In this document: in pieces, positions 1 through 11,700 of the stretch
How the letters are laid out: every line of letters begins with the position of its first letter
Position numbering within the stretch: position 1 is the first letter of the stretch
NCBI RefSeq assembly: GCF_006345805.1
Contig: NC_043000.1
Span: 21,080,001 to 21,144,000 of the forward strand
From: Octopus sinensis
Taxonomy: Eukaryota
Direction: 5' to 3'
DNA length: 64,000 nt
The notes under the pieces: generated by a model
Told to the model about the DNA's origin: nothing
Seen by the model: only the letters and a program-made list of their open reading frames with translations
Databases searched by the model: none
Made by a program: the position numbers and the translations under genes

Positions 1-15
1 GCCAGCGCGCCGCTC

Positions 16-18
<3 letters not shown>

Positions 19-57
<39 letters not shown>

Positions 58-110
58 CGTGCGTGTGTTGTGTGTGTGTGTGTGTGTGCATGTGCTTGTG
101 TGTGCGCGTG
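19..110. repeat. (GT)n microsatellite
   Basis: Pure and interrupted TG repeats; source of the spurious CV-rich ORF 21..224. Confidence 0.95.
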
Positions 111-345
111 CGTGTGTCTTTACGTTGGTGTTTGTTCCCCTCCTCACCACCTGACAACCGTTGTTGGTTTGCTTACGTCCCCGTAACTTATCGGTACGAC
201 AAAAAAGTACCTCCGGTAGAATAAATCCCAGACTTAAAAATATGCACTGGGATCCATTTGTTCGACTAAAACCATTCAAAGCGATGGCCCAGCATGGCTA
301 CAGTCCAATGACTGGAGCAATTTTAAAAGATAACATATTAAAGGC
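111..345 (+). mobile_element. SINE family B, degraded 3' body/tail
   Basis: tgacaaccg..ttacgtccccgtaactta..gcatggc..aatgactg aligns by eye with 13440-13615 and 44260-44430. Confidence 0.75.
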
Positions 346-384
346 GCAATTATTTTGTAAATAAACAATCCTTGATATTAATTA

Positions 385-510
385 GAATAAGGCGATAAAT
401 AAGCTGAGGTTTTAGAGCGTCGGATTGCTCCGACCCACTCTGTGCTCTAAGTTCAAATTCCACCGAAGTCAATTTAGCATTCATTCTTTCGGGGTCAACT
501 GATGTTGATT
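385..510 (+). mobile_element. SINE family A, degenerate partial copy
   Basis: ctctaagttcaaattccaccgaagtcaatttagcattcattctttcggggtc matches the family A core gttcaaattccgccgaggtcgactttgcctttcatcctttcggggtc. Confidence 0.7.
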
Positions 511-699
511 ATTTTCTTTCTAATCGAGAAGGCCTATAGTCAAAACCATTCCCGCAGTAACCGACACGCCATTTTCAGCAATGTCTAGACTTACGTTGTC
601 TAATGCGTTCTTTAATTACTCAACCCAAAAGTTATTTTGTTGTCAGGATGTTTTTACCTGATTTGAAGGGTTTTTTTGATATACTGAATGAAAAATGGA

Positions 700-1715
700 A
701 TCCATCTCTTATCACATCTAGAATGCAAGCTACCCAAACCACACATTTTTCTGAAAAAAATGCTTTGTTTTACCTATGAAAGTGTGTACGAAATTAAATT
801 ATGCATGTGGTACAACTGAGCTAAGGAAAAATAGTGCCTGATCAAAGAATGGCCACAGAAAACATTAGTTCCAAGGCCTTTTAATGTGGTTGAAAAATCT
901 TTCATTCAACTGGAGAAAATCATCCAACCTCCACTCTATATCGAACTTGGTACGGCGGCGAGCTGGCAGAAACGTTAGCACGCCGGGCGAAATGCTTAGC
1001 GGTATGTTGTCTGTCGTTACGTTCTGAGTTCAAATTCCGCCGAGGTCGACTTTGCCTTTCATCCTTTCGGGGTCGATAAATTAAGTACCAGTTACGCACT
1101 GGGGTCGATGTAATCGACTTAATCCTTTGTCTGTCCTTGTTTATCCCCTTATATGTTTAGTCCCTTGTGGGCAGTAAAGAAATATATATCAAAATTGGTA
1201 TCACGAAACAGTTAAATCTCTGGATAAAGACAGAACACGCTTTTACTATATCTGCAGCACTTTTCCCGGTTTGAGCAGTGACAAGATAAATGCCGGATTA
1301 TTTGATAGGCCTCAAATCAGAAAATTGATGACAGATAGGAACTTTGTAATTTCAATGAATTTCATTGAAACAGTAGCATGGAATTCATTTGTAATAGTTG
1401 TAAATGACTTTCTGGTCAACAAGAAAACAGCCAACAATAGCGAAACAGTTGACAAAATGCTGGAGAACTTTCAAAAGTTGGGAGAAAATTTGATCATAAA
1501 GGTGCAGTCACGTTGATAAATTCCCTGAAAACATCGATGTCATAAGTGACGAGCATGAAGAACGTTTCCAACCGCGACATCAAATCAATGGAACAAAGAT
1601 ACAAAGGCAGATGGGACTTGCATATGATAGTGGACTATTGTTGGAACTTGGCTCGTGATATTCCTGAGGTTCAGTTCGCAAGAAAATCATTCAAACACAA
1701 ATTCATGGAAAATTA
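700..1715 (+). pseudogene. Chapaev3-like (CMC superfamily) DNA transposase relic, interrupted by a SINE
   Basis: Collinear motifs across frames: KEWPQKTL..PPLYIELG (cf. PPLHIKLG), [SINE], FPGLSSDKINAGLFDRPQIRKL..AWNSF..KVQS, DKFPEN..SDEHEERF, MEQRYKGRWDLHMIVDYCWNL. Stops and frameshifts present. Family assignment is from motif recognition. Confidence 0.8.
952..1184 (+). mobile_element. SINE family A (tRNA-derived), full length, with 15-bp TSD
   Basis: ggcggcgagctggcagaaacgttagc head, B-box-like gttcaaattcc, tail agtcccttgtgggcagtaaagaaa; flanked by tatatc(g/a)aa(c/a)ttggt at 937-951 and 1185-1199. Confidence 0.92.
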
Positions 1716-2384
1716 GGTATAAACAATGATATAATTTGTCTGTAAAAATTTTAAAATTTCTACCAGATTTTCCGTAGAACTTCAAGAAAGCATTTTGGTT
1801 TTCAAAAAAGGAAAAACAATTTCTAATGTTTGTATGTTATGCCTTGTTCATCATAAGCTTCTTTATTGAAGAAAAACAACGGTCTATGGTTCCAGTATCT
1901 TAATATCTTGACATGATGGTAATAAATGGATGTAATTTTCGGATTCCGTGTCAAAAACCCCTAGCTCAGACCTAAATGTTTTGACAACAGAATAAAAACA
2001 CTTTTTCAAAATTCACATTTTATACGGGCGATTTGGTTGCTATTTCTTTACATGTTAAGCAGCGACAACATTATTGGCATTATAGTTTATCAATAAAGTA
2101 ACAACAGCAACGTAATTTGGTTGTTGTTTTTAACATGTCAAGCAACAACATAGAGGCTCTCTGGTTGGACCTCTACCATTATATTTTATCAAGGAAGTAA
2201 TAACAGCAATGTTATTACCGTTTGGCTGGTGACGTATCCTTTTAAAGTTGATTATAAACAATGACATTTGGTACATTGATATTTCCGAAAATACCAATGG
2301 CATTTCGTACATTGATATTTCCGACATTTACAGACCGAATATTTCAAGTCCACACCCTAACTCACACCCACGCAACCATATCAC

Positions 2385-5300
2385 GGTAGTGACGGCGGTG
2401 CTTACAGACTGCTGGCTGCCTACGCTCCGGCAGGAGCAGGGCAGTCGGATTATTTCAAACGCCTGGAAGTTTTCCTGGGAACGTCACGCAGTCTAGTGCT
2501 AGTTGGGGATTGGAACGCTGTCGTAGACGAACGTTTTGATCGGGTGGGAAGGGGAGCGTCTGATAGGAGAGGGGGAGGGCGCAAGAGCCTCGCCAACCTA
2601 CTCGGCCGCTTTCAGCTGTCCGACAGGTTTCGACTAGACAACCCGAATGTGCCAATGTGGACTTGGGCCAATCGCATCGGGTCGTCTAGATCGTACTTAG
2701 ATAGAGTGTTTTGTAGGCCAGCGGATAAGGACAGCGTAGGGTGTCCACAATTCCACATAGTCGACTATACGGACCACAAATTAGGGATCTGTACGGTCGA
2801 CTTAGATAGGCTACATAGACAGGGACCCGGCTACTGGAAGCTGAACGCGTCGTTAACGGCGTGCAAAGCTTACAGAGACCGGATTAGTTTACTAGTTAAG
2901 CGGGCGCTCACGGGGGCAATCATCAACAACAACTGGTGGTTTGCCCTCAAGAGAGCAATTAGAGTAGAGTCGATTAGGTATAGTAAGACTCTAGCTATTG
3001 AACGTATGAAGAGAGAGCGGGATTTAGTTAAGAACTAGACGAGGCTCTTGACACTGGCATCGCGACCGACGTGTTGGCGGCAAGGTTGGCCCTCGACCAA
3101 CACTTCGACGCCAAACACGAAGGCTGCGTTGTCAGAGCTAAGGCACGTTCGCTAAGCGGGGAGGGGACTAGAGCCGCTCGATGGGCCCGCGTGGCGGAGG
3201 CGAAGCGAGGCAACAAAGCAACCATTCGGTCTTTGGTGGACCAGAACGGGCGTGAGGTTACCGAACCGAAGCAGATGTGTACGGTGCTTCAGCGGCACTT
3301 TGCTCAACTGTTTGGGACGAGCGATGGAACGGACAACGGTGCAGACTTCGGTGTGTACCTGGACGGCCTACCGCAACTCTCGGACAGCGAGGCAGAGTGC
3401 TGCAAAGGACCGATATCTGCCTGGGAAGTGGAGGAAGCGATGAAGAGTTGCACGAGAGGTAGATCGCCGGGTTTGGATGGTCTGCCCTACGAGCTTTACG
3501 TTTCAATGCCAGACTCGTTTGCGGGCCTGTTGACAAACGTCTACTGCAACTGGCAGCAAAACGGGAGAATTCCTGCTTTTGTCTGTCGAGGGGTGGTGGC
3601 TTTGCTGAAGAAGGACCCAAACAATGGGGACGTTATAGGGAATTTCCGGCCCATCACTCTGCTCAATGCAGAGTTGAAGATTTTGGCCAAGGTGCTAGCC
3701 AAGAGATTGGCGCTTGTCGTGGACAAGCTGGTCGGCAAGACGCAGACATGCGCCGTGCCGACCAGGTCGATACACGACAACCTCCATCTCATGCGCTACA
3801 TCATAGAGAGGGTGGGTAACGACGTTGGCGCGGGTGGGGCTTTGATCAACTTGGATCAGAGTAAAGCCTTCGATAGGGTCGACCATCGGTACCTGGCAGC
3901 TGTCCTCAAGGCAGCCGGCTTCGGTCCAGTGTTCCGCGGGTGGATAGCTGCTTTATACAGCAACATCTGCTCGGTGATACGGGTGAACGGTCACCTTTCG
4001 GAACCGTTCTACATCTCGCGTTCGGTCCGCCAAGGATGCCCTCTCTCCTCCCTCTTGTACATATTGACTCTCGAGCCATTACTGCGCATGTTGGAGGCTT
4101 TGAGGGGTATCCCGCGCGATCTAGGAGGCGGAAACAGCGTGTCTGCCTATGCCGACGACGTCACCGTGATGGTGTCGAGTCACAGGCACATTGGCCTGAT
4201 TGGCGAGACACTAAACCAGTACGAAGCGGTGACAGGGGCAAAGATTAACGCGGAAAAGTCTGTGGGCTTGCAACTGGGCACCTGGAGAGGCAAGCCCATG
4301 CCGTCCAACAGCGTCGTAGGGCGCTGGACAGACGGACCCGTTAAACTGCTCGGGGTCTGGTTCGGTCCGGACCTCCAGGTGGATAAAAACTGGGAAGAGG
4401 TGACGAGCAGGGTGGCACGTCTCACCCAGAAATGGGCCGAGAGGAAGCTGTCCCTGAAAGGTCGAGCGGAGGTGGCGAATGCGTACATCGCATCCGTCAT
4501 CTATTACCGCTTGACCGTCGTCCCTTGTCCCGACCGCTGGTTGGCCAAGCTGGTACGCCTGCTCTTCGACTTTTTGTGGAAGGGTCAGGTGCCACTGGTC
4601 AGGCGATCCATCTGCTGTCAACGACCGCTGAACGGAGGCCTTGGAATGCCTTGGTTGCTGATGCGCAGACATGCGCTCAGGCTGCGACATCTCAAGCGCT
4701 TCCTAGACGGTGAACAGGTGTGGTCGTCTTTTGTCAGACGCAATTTTCCGCAGCTCGTCTCTTTGACAGAGCTGCAGACCTGGATCAAACGTAGACCGAG
4801 AAAGGGCGCTTGGCACCTCGAGTGCCGTCAAGCTCTCTCCGCCCTCCGCCAGGCGGGCAATGCGATCGGTTACAGCTCCACTCTAGCGTTCTATAGAGGG
4901 TTAGTGGAGGAAAAATGCGACGACGTTCTCGGGGAACTCTAGGCGTTGAAGATGACGAACTGAGCGGTCTGTTCGGAGGACTTTCGGCCGGGGCCGATGG
5001 ATAATTTCCAGAGGTCGCTCGCCTGGCAGTGCTACCGAGGGGCTCTGCCTGTTTGAGATAAACTCTACCGGCACGGAAGTGCCGTCAGCCAGGCCTGCCC
5101 GAGGTGTTGCCAGGACGACGAAACCGTTCTGCACGCACTCGTCCAGTGCCCGAGTATTGCTGAAATATGGGTTTATGTCGAACAGCTACTGTCACGTGTA
5201 GGACGGATCCGACTATCGGCCGAATCCATAGTGAAGATTGCCCCGCCGACCTCCTTTAACAAGGAGGGCGAGGCCGTTTTCTTGTGCCTAGTGGCTATGG

Positions 5301-5505
5301 CGAAAGAAGTTGTATGATGGACTCGTTTGAAAGGGCTAAAGTCAGACACTTTGGTCAAGGCCTCATCAACTTTTTCAAGTTTCACTTGAAAAGGAAGATG
5401 AGGTTAGAGAGGAAAGTGCTGTCCGATAGCAAGTTTTATGAAAGGTGGGTGAATTGTGCGAGACTGGCCAGTATAAATGGACCAGTTCTCAGGTTTCGCC
5501 TGTGA
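2385..5505 (+). pseudogene. Tx1-like ORF2 (APE endonuclease - reverse transcriptase - CCHC), disrupted
   Basis: Track ORFs 2496..3038, 3071..4942 and 5284..5505 join through frameshifts near 3035, 4935, 4980 and 5350; premature TGA near 5055 and 5315; CPRCCQDDETVLHALVQC starts at 5096. Confidence 0.9.
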
Positions 5506-5772
5506 TTTCAAAAGGTAATATAAAAGGAGAAAAAAGGGACTCTCTACACCCCTTTTTTGACCAGGCTCCCGTTGGCTTTTATAGGGTTTTTTCCACCAGG
5601 AACCTTTCGTAACGCCTTCCCCTTTTGGGAGTTTTTCATTATTAATTTTTTAATTGTTATAAAGTTTTTACTCGGATTTTTTACAAACGGACAAAACCCT
5701 TTGTAACCTTTCGTCCTGGTTTGTCCCTTTATGTAATCATGCGTGTCAGCCCTTGTGGCCAATAAAAAAGAA
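2385..5772 (+). mobile_element. L1/Tx1-clade non-LTR retrotransposon, 5'-truncated inside the endonuclease
   Basis: APE endonuclease motifs (AYAP, GDWN, YLDRVF, TDHK), RT motifs (FRPITLLN, LDQSKAFDRV, VRQGCPLS, YADD), CCHC knuckle, ~260-bp 3' UTR ending aataaaaaagaa; ~55% GC against an AT-rich background. Confidence 0.95.
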
Positions 5773-5793
5773 TTAATTATTATAATTGTTATT

Positions 5794-5895
5794 AGCAGCA
5801 GCAGCAGCAGCAGCAGCAGCATTACTGCCGCATCAGGAGCAATTACAGCAGCAGTAGCAACGGTAGTAAGAGTGGGGGCGACAGCAGCAGCAGCA
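5794..5895. repeat. (CAG)n-rich repeat
   Basis: agc/cag runs directly after the Tx1 3' end; a second CAG-rich block lies at 6445-6530. Confidence 0.85.
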
Positions 5896-6465
5896 TTGGT
5901 CGAGGGTTCTTCGTTGACGCCCGATACCACTGGGAGATGGCCCTCGAAGTCGCAGAAAATGTAGGAGACCAGACAACAGCCCACCACCACTACGATGCAG
6001 CGAAAGCAGCGATCCACCGGACACTTAAACCATCTCCCTTCAAACACGAAAGAGTCAACAGGATCTACGGCATCCATGGAGATAAAGTGAGCAGAACCGC
6101 TGATTCGTCTCTAACCAGGCAGCAGCAGGTAGCACTCAGCACACTTAGAAGTGGTCATCACCCGGACCTCGAGTACTGGCTCTACAAGATCGACCGAACC
6201 ATAGACAGAACCTGCAGAAAGTGCGGAGTGGGAGAGGAGACGGCGGAGTATGTCATCTACGACTGTCCACGGATCCATCGCCCACCGCAAATGCCGCCGC
6301 CCCCCCCCTCAGACGCTCTGGCCAGTGACCCTCTCCTTGTCCTTCGGATCTGGGAAAAGTGGACTTCCGCTCCCGACCTGCCAGACGTTTCCCAACCCAC
6401 AGAACGGACGCAGTGAAATCACCCTTACCCGTCTTGTTGCTTAGCAACAACAATAACAACAGCAG
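5895..6465 (+). mobile_element. 3' fragment of an I-group-like (I/Nimb/Ingi) LINE
   Basis: ORF 5937..6416 has LSTLRSGH..LEYW..I and CRKCGVGEETAEYVIYDC (C-terminal knuckle with H replaced by Y); ends in a (CAA)n tail. Clade assignment is tentative. Confidence 0.65.
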
Positions 6466-6999
6466 CAGCAGCGGCAGTGACAGCAGCAGCAGATGCAACA
6501 GCACCAGTGGTGGTTGCAGCAGCATAGCAGGAGCTACTTATATTGTTGCTATTTTGCACCCTGATCGATGCGAATCTATGACTAAAGGCATTCCAACTAT
6601 GACCATCCTGTCTTTTTAGGGGCTGAATATCTCGGATTATATTAATAAATGTTGGTTGGTTGCTAATTTTACAAGTCAGTGGACCACGAAGAGGTTCTCA
6701 ATGGTGGCGGTTATGACGGTTGAATTTGTTATTGTTGAGGTGATGTTGTCATCATCGTCGTCTTTATTTTGTTTTGCGCCCGGCCAGTCTTTATCAATCC
6801 TTATCATCCACATTTTTTTTTACAGGTATATGCAATAACATTACTTAATACTTAAAATCTTTCAACTGGCTGAGCATATAACGATTTATTATCGGTTGAT
6901 AGATATCAGCACGGCTCAGCGAACAGATTGCTTACTGAACTTATAAATGAGACTATCGACTTTTGTTTGCATTCATTGGTTTGAGTACTTCTGTGTGAC

Positions 7000-7234
7000 A
7001 AGGCGGTGAGCTGGCAGACACGTTAGCATGCCGGGCGAAATGTTTGGCAGTATTTCGTCTGCCGTTACGTTCTGAGTTCAAATTCCGCCGAGGTCGATTT
7101 TGCCTATCATCCTTTCGGGGTCAATAAATTAAGTACCAGTTGCGCACTGAGGTCGATGTAATCGATTTAATCCCTTTGTTTGTCCTTGTTTGTCCCCTCT
7201 ATGTTTAGCCCCTTGTGGGCAATAAAGAAATAAG
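7000..7234 (+). mobile_element. SINE family A, full length
   Basis: Same head, core and tail as 952-1184; tail agccccttgtgggcaataaagaaataag. Confidence 0.92.
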
Positions 7235-7382
7235 AGACACACTGGTGTCCCAAATCTCTTGTACCAATGAATCTAGTGTGTCATGAACACATAGCTGCCA
7301 TAAAGGAGAAGGGTTCTCCTGTGACGAACACAATAGCGATTAGCATATTTGCGCGCGGATCTGCTGGGACATGGCTGTGTGA

Positions 7383-7580
7383 AGAGGTGCAGGCGTGGCT
7401 ATGTGGTGATAAGTTTGCTTCCCAACCACATGGTTCCGGGTTCAGTTCCGCTACATGGCATTTTAGACGAGTGTCTTCGTCTGTAGTCCCAAGCTAACTA
7501 AAATCTTGCGAATGGAGTTGGTACATGAAAACTGAAAGAAGTTTGTTGAATCTATCTATATGTAAATGTGTGTGTGTGTA
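7383..7580 (+). mobile_element. SINE family B (CORE-like), degraded 5' half
   Basis: ggtgcaggcgtggctatgtgg..ccaaccacatggttccgggttcagt resembles the head at 13207. Confidence 0.75.
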
Positions 7581-8103
7581 TTGGGTCATACCATAAATAT
7601 TGCGTTTTTTTCAATTGAAGAGGTTGAAAGAAGCAACGAAAATTTTAGAAAAAAATAAATAAGTAAATGAGTGAAAATCGAACTGATAAGAGAATGAATT
7701 AATAAGACATTAAAACAGAATGATTCTCGCCAGACACAATAAAATATACTTCAACACACGAATTCACATAAAGAATTATGCAAACCAAGTACAAAAACGA
7801 AATTCTAGTCTAACGACCCTCCATGTTTGTTTTCGTTCGGTGTCCTTGTATGTATGCACTGTGATATTTTTGTTCCCAACTCTGACTCTCCATAAATCCT
7901 AAATCTTATTTTAGAATTTATGGGACCAACTGTCTTTGAAGATTCATAGTGTCGTTGCATGCTCGAGATGAGGAGCAGATAGACAGCCGACAACTAATGA
8001 AGGTTCCTTTCTCTGTTTTTACTTGTGTTCTCCATTTTATCACGTTGTTTACGTATTTCATATTGTTCGAACCGTTGGTGACGTCCTGTATGACGTCCTG
8101 TAC

Positions 8104-8143
<40 letters not shown>

Positions 8144-8601
8144 ATATTTGACAGATGCAGCAGAGTGATCCACGGTCCGAAAGTTTCCTGTTTTGGCACT
8201 TATCAAGCTAGTGTATACATACATACATGGTTGATTTCGTTATTCTTTCTTCTTTTTGCTTATGTGAGTTACAAGTATTGCCGTCTGTGGAGTTATATTG
8301 TAGTTAAAAGAATTAGCGGTTTTGACTGCTATTTCTAAATTTTCGGTATGTGGTGTAGGAACTTTTTGCTAAACCTTTAATTATATATATAATTATAAAA
8401 AATACTTTTCGTATGAGTTTTTACCTATAATGGTTTGTTTCCATACCGAAGCTACTTGGTAAAATTTGTTAATTATTAAATTAATAATTTTTTACCCTAT
8501 ATCTATAATATATATAATTATTTGAGGGAATACTATACCTAACTTACAGGGAAAAATTCAATTTAGAAATACTAAATCAAATTTCACAAAATATAATATA
8601 T

Positions 8602-8651
<50 letters not shown>

Positions 8652-8660
<9 letters not shown>

Positions 8661-8843
8661 AACACCTTTTATCAATTCAAAATGAACAACTAAATTACAC
8701 CATCTATATTATTATTTTGAAATTTACTTAATCATCGGTATATTATTGTTATTTTGGTTTTAATATTTCTATTATATGTAATTTTCTAGATGGTGTAATT
8801 TATTTGTTCATTTTGAATTGAGAAAAGGTGTTTTTTTTCTAAT
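8652..8843. mobile_element. AT-rich foldback/MITE-like element between (TA)n tracts
   Basis: ~55-bp inverted arms, 8652-8706 and 8787-8843 (ttagaaaaaacacctttt..caccatcta). Confidence 0.7.
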
Positions 8844-8881
8844 TTATATATATATATATATTATATATATATATATATATA

Positions 8882-9183
8882 TCTTTATATATAAAAGTGA
8901 AGTTGTGTGAGTGTCTGTCTCCTACGATTTAGATTCCTAACTACTCCCACATTTTGCGGTGCAGTTTAACCAAAAGCGGGTATCTTATAGTCGTGATTCA
9001 TATCGAGCCCTTCTGGGTATTAGCGCGCGTCTAAGATGAGTCTACGATTTAAAAAGAAAATTACCATAATTTTTTCCCATTTTTAATGCATTTTTTGCCA
9101 TTATATAAGGGAAGTAACTCTCTAAAAATGCTTATATAGTTATTTCCCTTACAAACCCGAGCAACGCCGGGCGATACTGCTAG
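8882..9183 (+). mobile_element. Non-autonomous Helitron
   Basis: A|TC 5' end, subterminal hairpin cccgagcaacgccggg, CTAG|T 3' end, no TSD. Confidence 0.85.
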
Positions 9184-9602
9184 TATATATATAAACACAT
9201 ACGCACACACACACACACATATATTCATTCATGCAAGCATGCATGTGTGTATATGCAGAAGAAGTATTGCTAATTTTCCCACTAAAAGCTTGCTTCACGG
9301 TCAGAGATGTTGAAACATCTTTTCGATGTTAGAATTCTTTTTTTCTGTTTATATTATTCCCTAACATTTCTTAAGACAATAAACTACCTAATGCGGTAGT
9401 TATTTTCGATTCGCCTTTTCTTATGCCATTTTCTGCTGTTAATTCTAGGATTTTAATGGAATCTATGATTGACGTTTCTTCTTATACATTTACAGAAACC
9501 ACTTGACTGACTTCTTGTGTCAGCTCTGTGGATGATCAAACTATTTAATGCCTCTATTTTCTGAACTAACTTTTCCTGTTACGTTCTTTATTTCTTGTTT
9601 GA

Positions 9603-9888
9603 TTACGTCCTCCATTGAAGTTCCCTGCTAAAATTATACTCAGTTGAGACATTCAATGCAGTAATCCCATTAATCAATTCTATTTTCAACGAATCAATGC
9701 AGTCTTCAATAGATTTTACCATGTTGTTGAAGTCTAGTAACACTTGAATTTGTCCATAAGCTGTCCTCTCATCTACAAAAATCAAAATTTCTTCATTAAG
9801 CTTCGCGAAATCGATTCTAAAATTCTTTAAATTATCTCCCCTTGTCTTTAAAAGTCGCCAATAATTACTGCTAGGTTTTGTTTTCAAT
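9603..9888 (-). CDS. Possible terminal coding exon of an unidentified gene (94 codons)
   Basis: Acceptor-like ttttcgtcttaattgcag directly precedes the open frame; TAA at 9605-9603; AATAAA at 9592-9587. No recognisable domain and no convincing upstream exon. Confidence 0.3.
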
Positions 9889-10644
9889 CTGCAATTAAGA
9901 CGAAAATTCTAAGTAATTGAGGATTTTTGTATACTTCGTTCAGTACACAACTCTTTAATTCATTTAACCACTAATATTTTTTATGCAAACAGGCAATTTT
10001 TGCTCTTCTCCATGTCAGTTTGTAGTAGATTTATTTCTCCTCAAATCAGTTTACAATAATGAAATCCTTTTTTAAAGAATAAATATAATTAGCATATTTT
10101 ATTAGCTATATTCTGAAGCCGAGAAACTGGATTTCTTTAATTCCGGATTACAATTGTGTCATAATAGTAACCTTTGATTATGTATAAGACTGAGGCAGTT
10201 TTCTCTAATCTTTATTCAGTGCAACAGTTTTCGAACTAATTAAGCAATGAAGATTTTTTTCATTAGCAACTTAATATGGGAATATTTCCGTTTGCATTGT
10301 ATCGGTTCTTAGATATTCTTTTTAAAGCAATACTGCTGAGAAAAACTGATAAAAACAAAAGTTAGTGCAGTTAGTTGATGATCTGCAGAAATTTATAGGT
10401 GAACGAAGCTCTCGTAACAAATAAATTTTGCCTTCCACATCCGTTGCAGAATATAAAAACTATTGAAGGCCTCATCCAGTGTGATTTATTATGCTTTGCG
10501 GCTTGCTATTGCATATCAACCTATTATTTTAGTTTGGATAAAGTTATTGTGGAAATGGTATCTCGATTTAATGATAATGGTTAGTAGATACTTTGTGCAC
10601 ACTCGGCTATATAATTATCAATCTTGATGCGTCGGATGACTTAG

Positions 10645-10680
10645 ATGATTACTATCAACTATGTATACAGACAAATAGAT

Positions 10681-10715
<35 letters not shown>

Positions 10716-10860
10716 GCACACACATATACACACATCACGCATACATACATACATACATACATACATACATACATACATACATACATACACACACACACAT
10801 ATATATATATATATACATATAAGTTTATACACGCACACGCACACACATATATATATACAC
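10645..10860. repeat. Compound (CA)n/(TACA)n/(TA)n microsatellite
   Basis: Direct inspection. Confidence 0.9.
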
Positions 10861-11303
10861 GTAAATGGAATAATGGAAAGTCTATGCGTGTGTGCGCGCG
10901 CGTGTTTGTAGTAGAATTATAGCTGATTCCGTGATTAAAAGTTTACACGTTGAAGCATCTTTTCGAAGTTAGAATTACGACGAATGAGGAAAGCAAAATA
11001 TATCGAATACAACAGCTTTACTCACCTTTAAATTGCAGCAAATCACCCGATTGCACTAACATTTTCTGTCAGTTATATTCAGCATTTACGTTGAAATACA
11101 GACAGTAAAATCTTATCATTTAATGTTGCTAATAGGTAGTCATTTTCATTATTTAACTGGTTCGAAAATTGTTGCTTGGAGTAAAGACTATCCCATTATG
11201 GTATTGGTTTGCGTCTACTAAAAGCAGAATAGTAAATTTATACAAATTTTGTCACAGACTGTATCCCTCAAACAAGTTTTTTTAGCTTTTGAATACATAT
11301 AAA

Positions 11304-11520
11304 GCGGCGAGTTGGCAGAATCGTAAGCGCATCAAATAAAAAGCTTAACCGCTTTTCTTCTGGGTCTTTACATTCTAAGCTCAAATTCTGCCGAGGTCGA
11401 CTTTACTTGTCATCCTTTCGGAGTCGATGAAATGAGTACCACTCGAGGACTAGGGTTGATGTTATGGACTTGGCCCCTTCCGTCAAAATTGCCGACCTTA
11501 TGCTAAAATTCAAAGGAGTT
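11304..11520 (+). mobile_element. SINE family A head/core with an alternative tail
   Basis: aagcggcgagttggcagaatc head and gaggtcgacttt core; tail cttggccccttccgtcaaaattg..caaagga differs from the tail of 952-1184. Confidence 0.75.
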
Positions 11521-11529
11521 ATTGAAGAC

Positions 11530-11567
<38 letters not shown>

Positions 11568-11700
11568 GTGTAGGCGTGGGTGGGTCTGTATGTGTCACAG
11601 AGAGAGAGAGGGGGGGAAACGAGAGAGAGAGAGGGAGGGAGGGAGAGAACGAGAGAGAGGGAGGGAGGGAGAGAACGAGGGTGAGAGAGCGTGTGTTACG
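11530..11700. repeat. (GT)n/(GA)n compound microsatellite
   Basis: Direct inspection. Confidence 0.9.

Noticed and set aside
2260-2324. 36-bp-period repeat as a CRISPR or regulatory array
   Set aside because: Only two units; a simple tandem duplication.
2351-2375. Telomere-like CCCTAA at the Tx1-like 5' junction as a specific target
   Set aside because: A single hexamer with no matching sequence or TSD at the 3' junction.
3252-5385. Overlapping alternative-frame and antisense ORFs within the Tx1-like LINE
   Set aside because: Shadow ORFs expected in GC-rich coding sequence; no independent motifs.
5544-6077. 177-aa minus-strand ORF and poly-S/poly-A/poly-L ORFs as genes
   Set aside because: They span the LINE 3' UTR, a CAG repeat and the antisense of another LINE fragment.
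10645-10911. ORFs rich in CV/YI/HT/ER/LS here and at 21, 11464, 15629-16283, 23117, 27442-28491, 47489, 49671, 55244 and 63044-63853
   Set aside because: Translations of microsatellites or low-complexity tracts, which lack stops in some frames.
11026-11065. 40-nt minus-strand exon linking 13835 to 9888
   Set aside because: The phases fit, but the joined frame contains TGA and TAA, the acceptor lacks a pyrimidine tract, and an equally good acceptor exists on the opposite strand.
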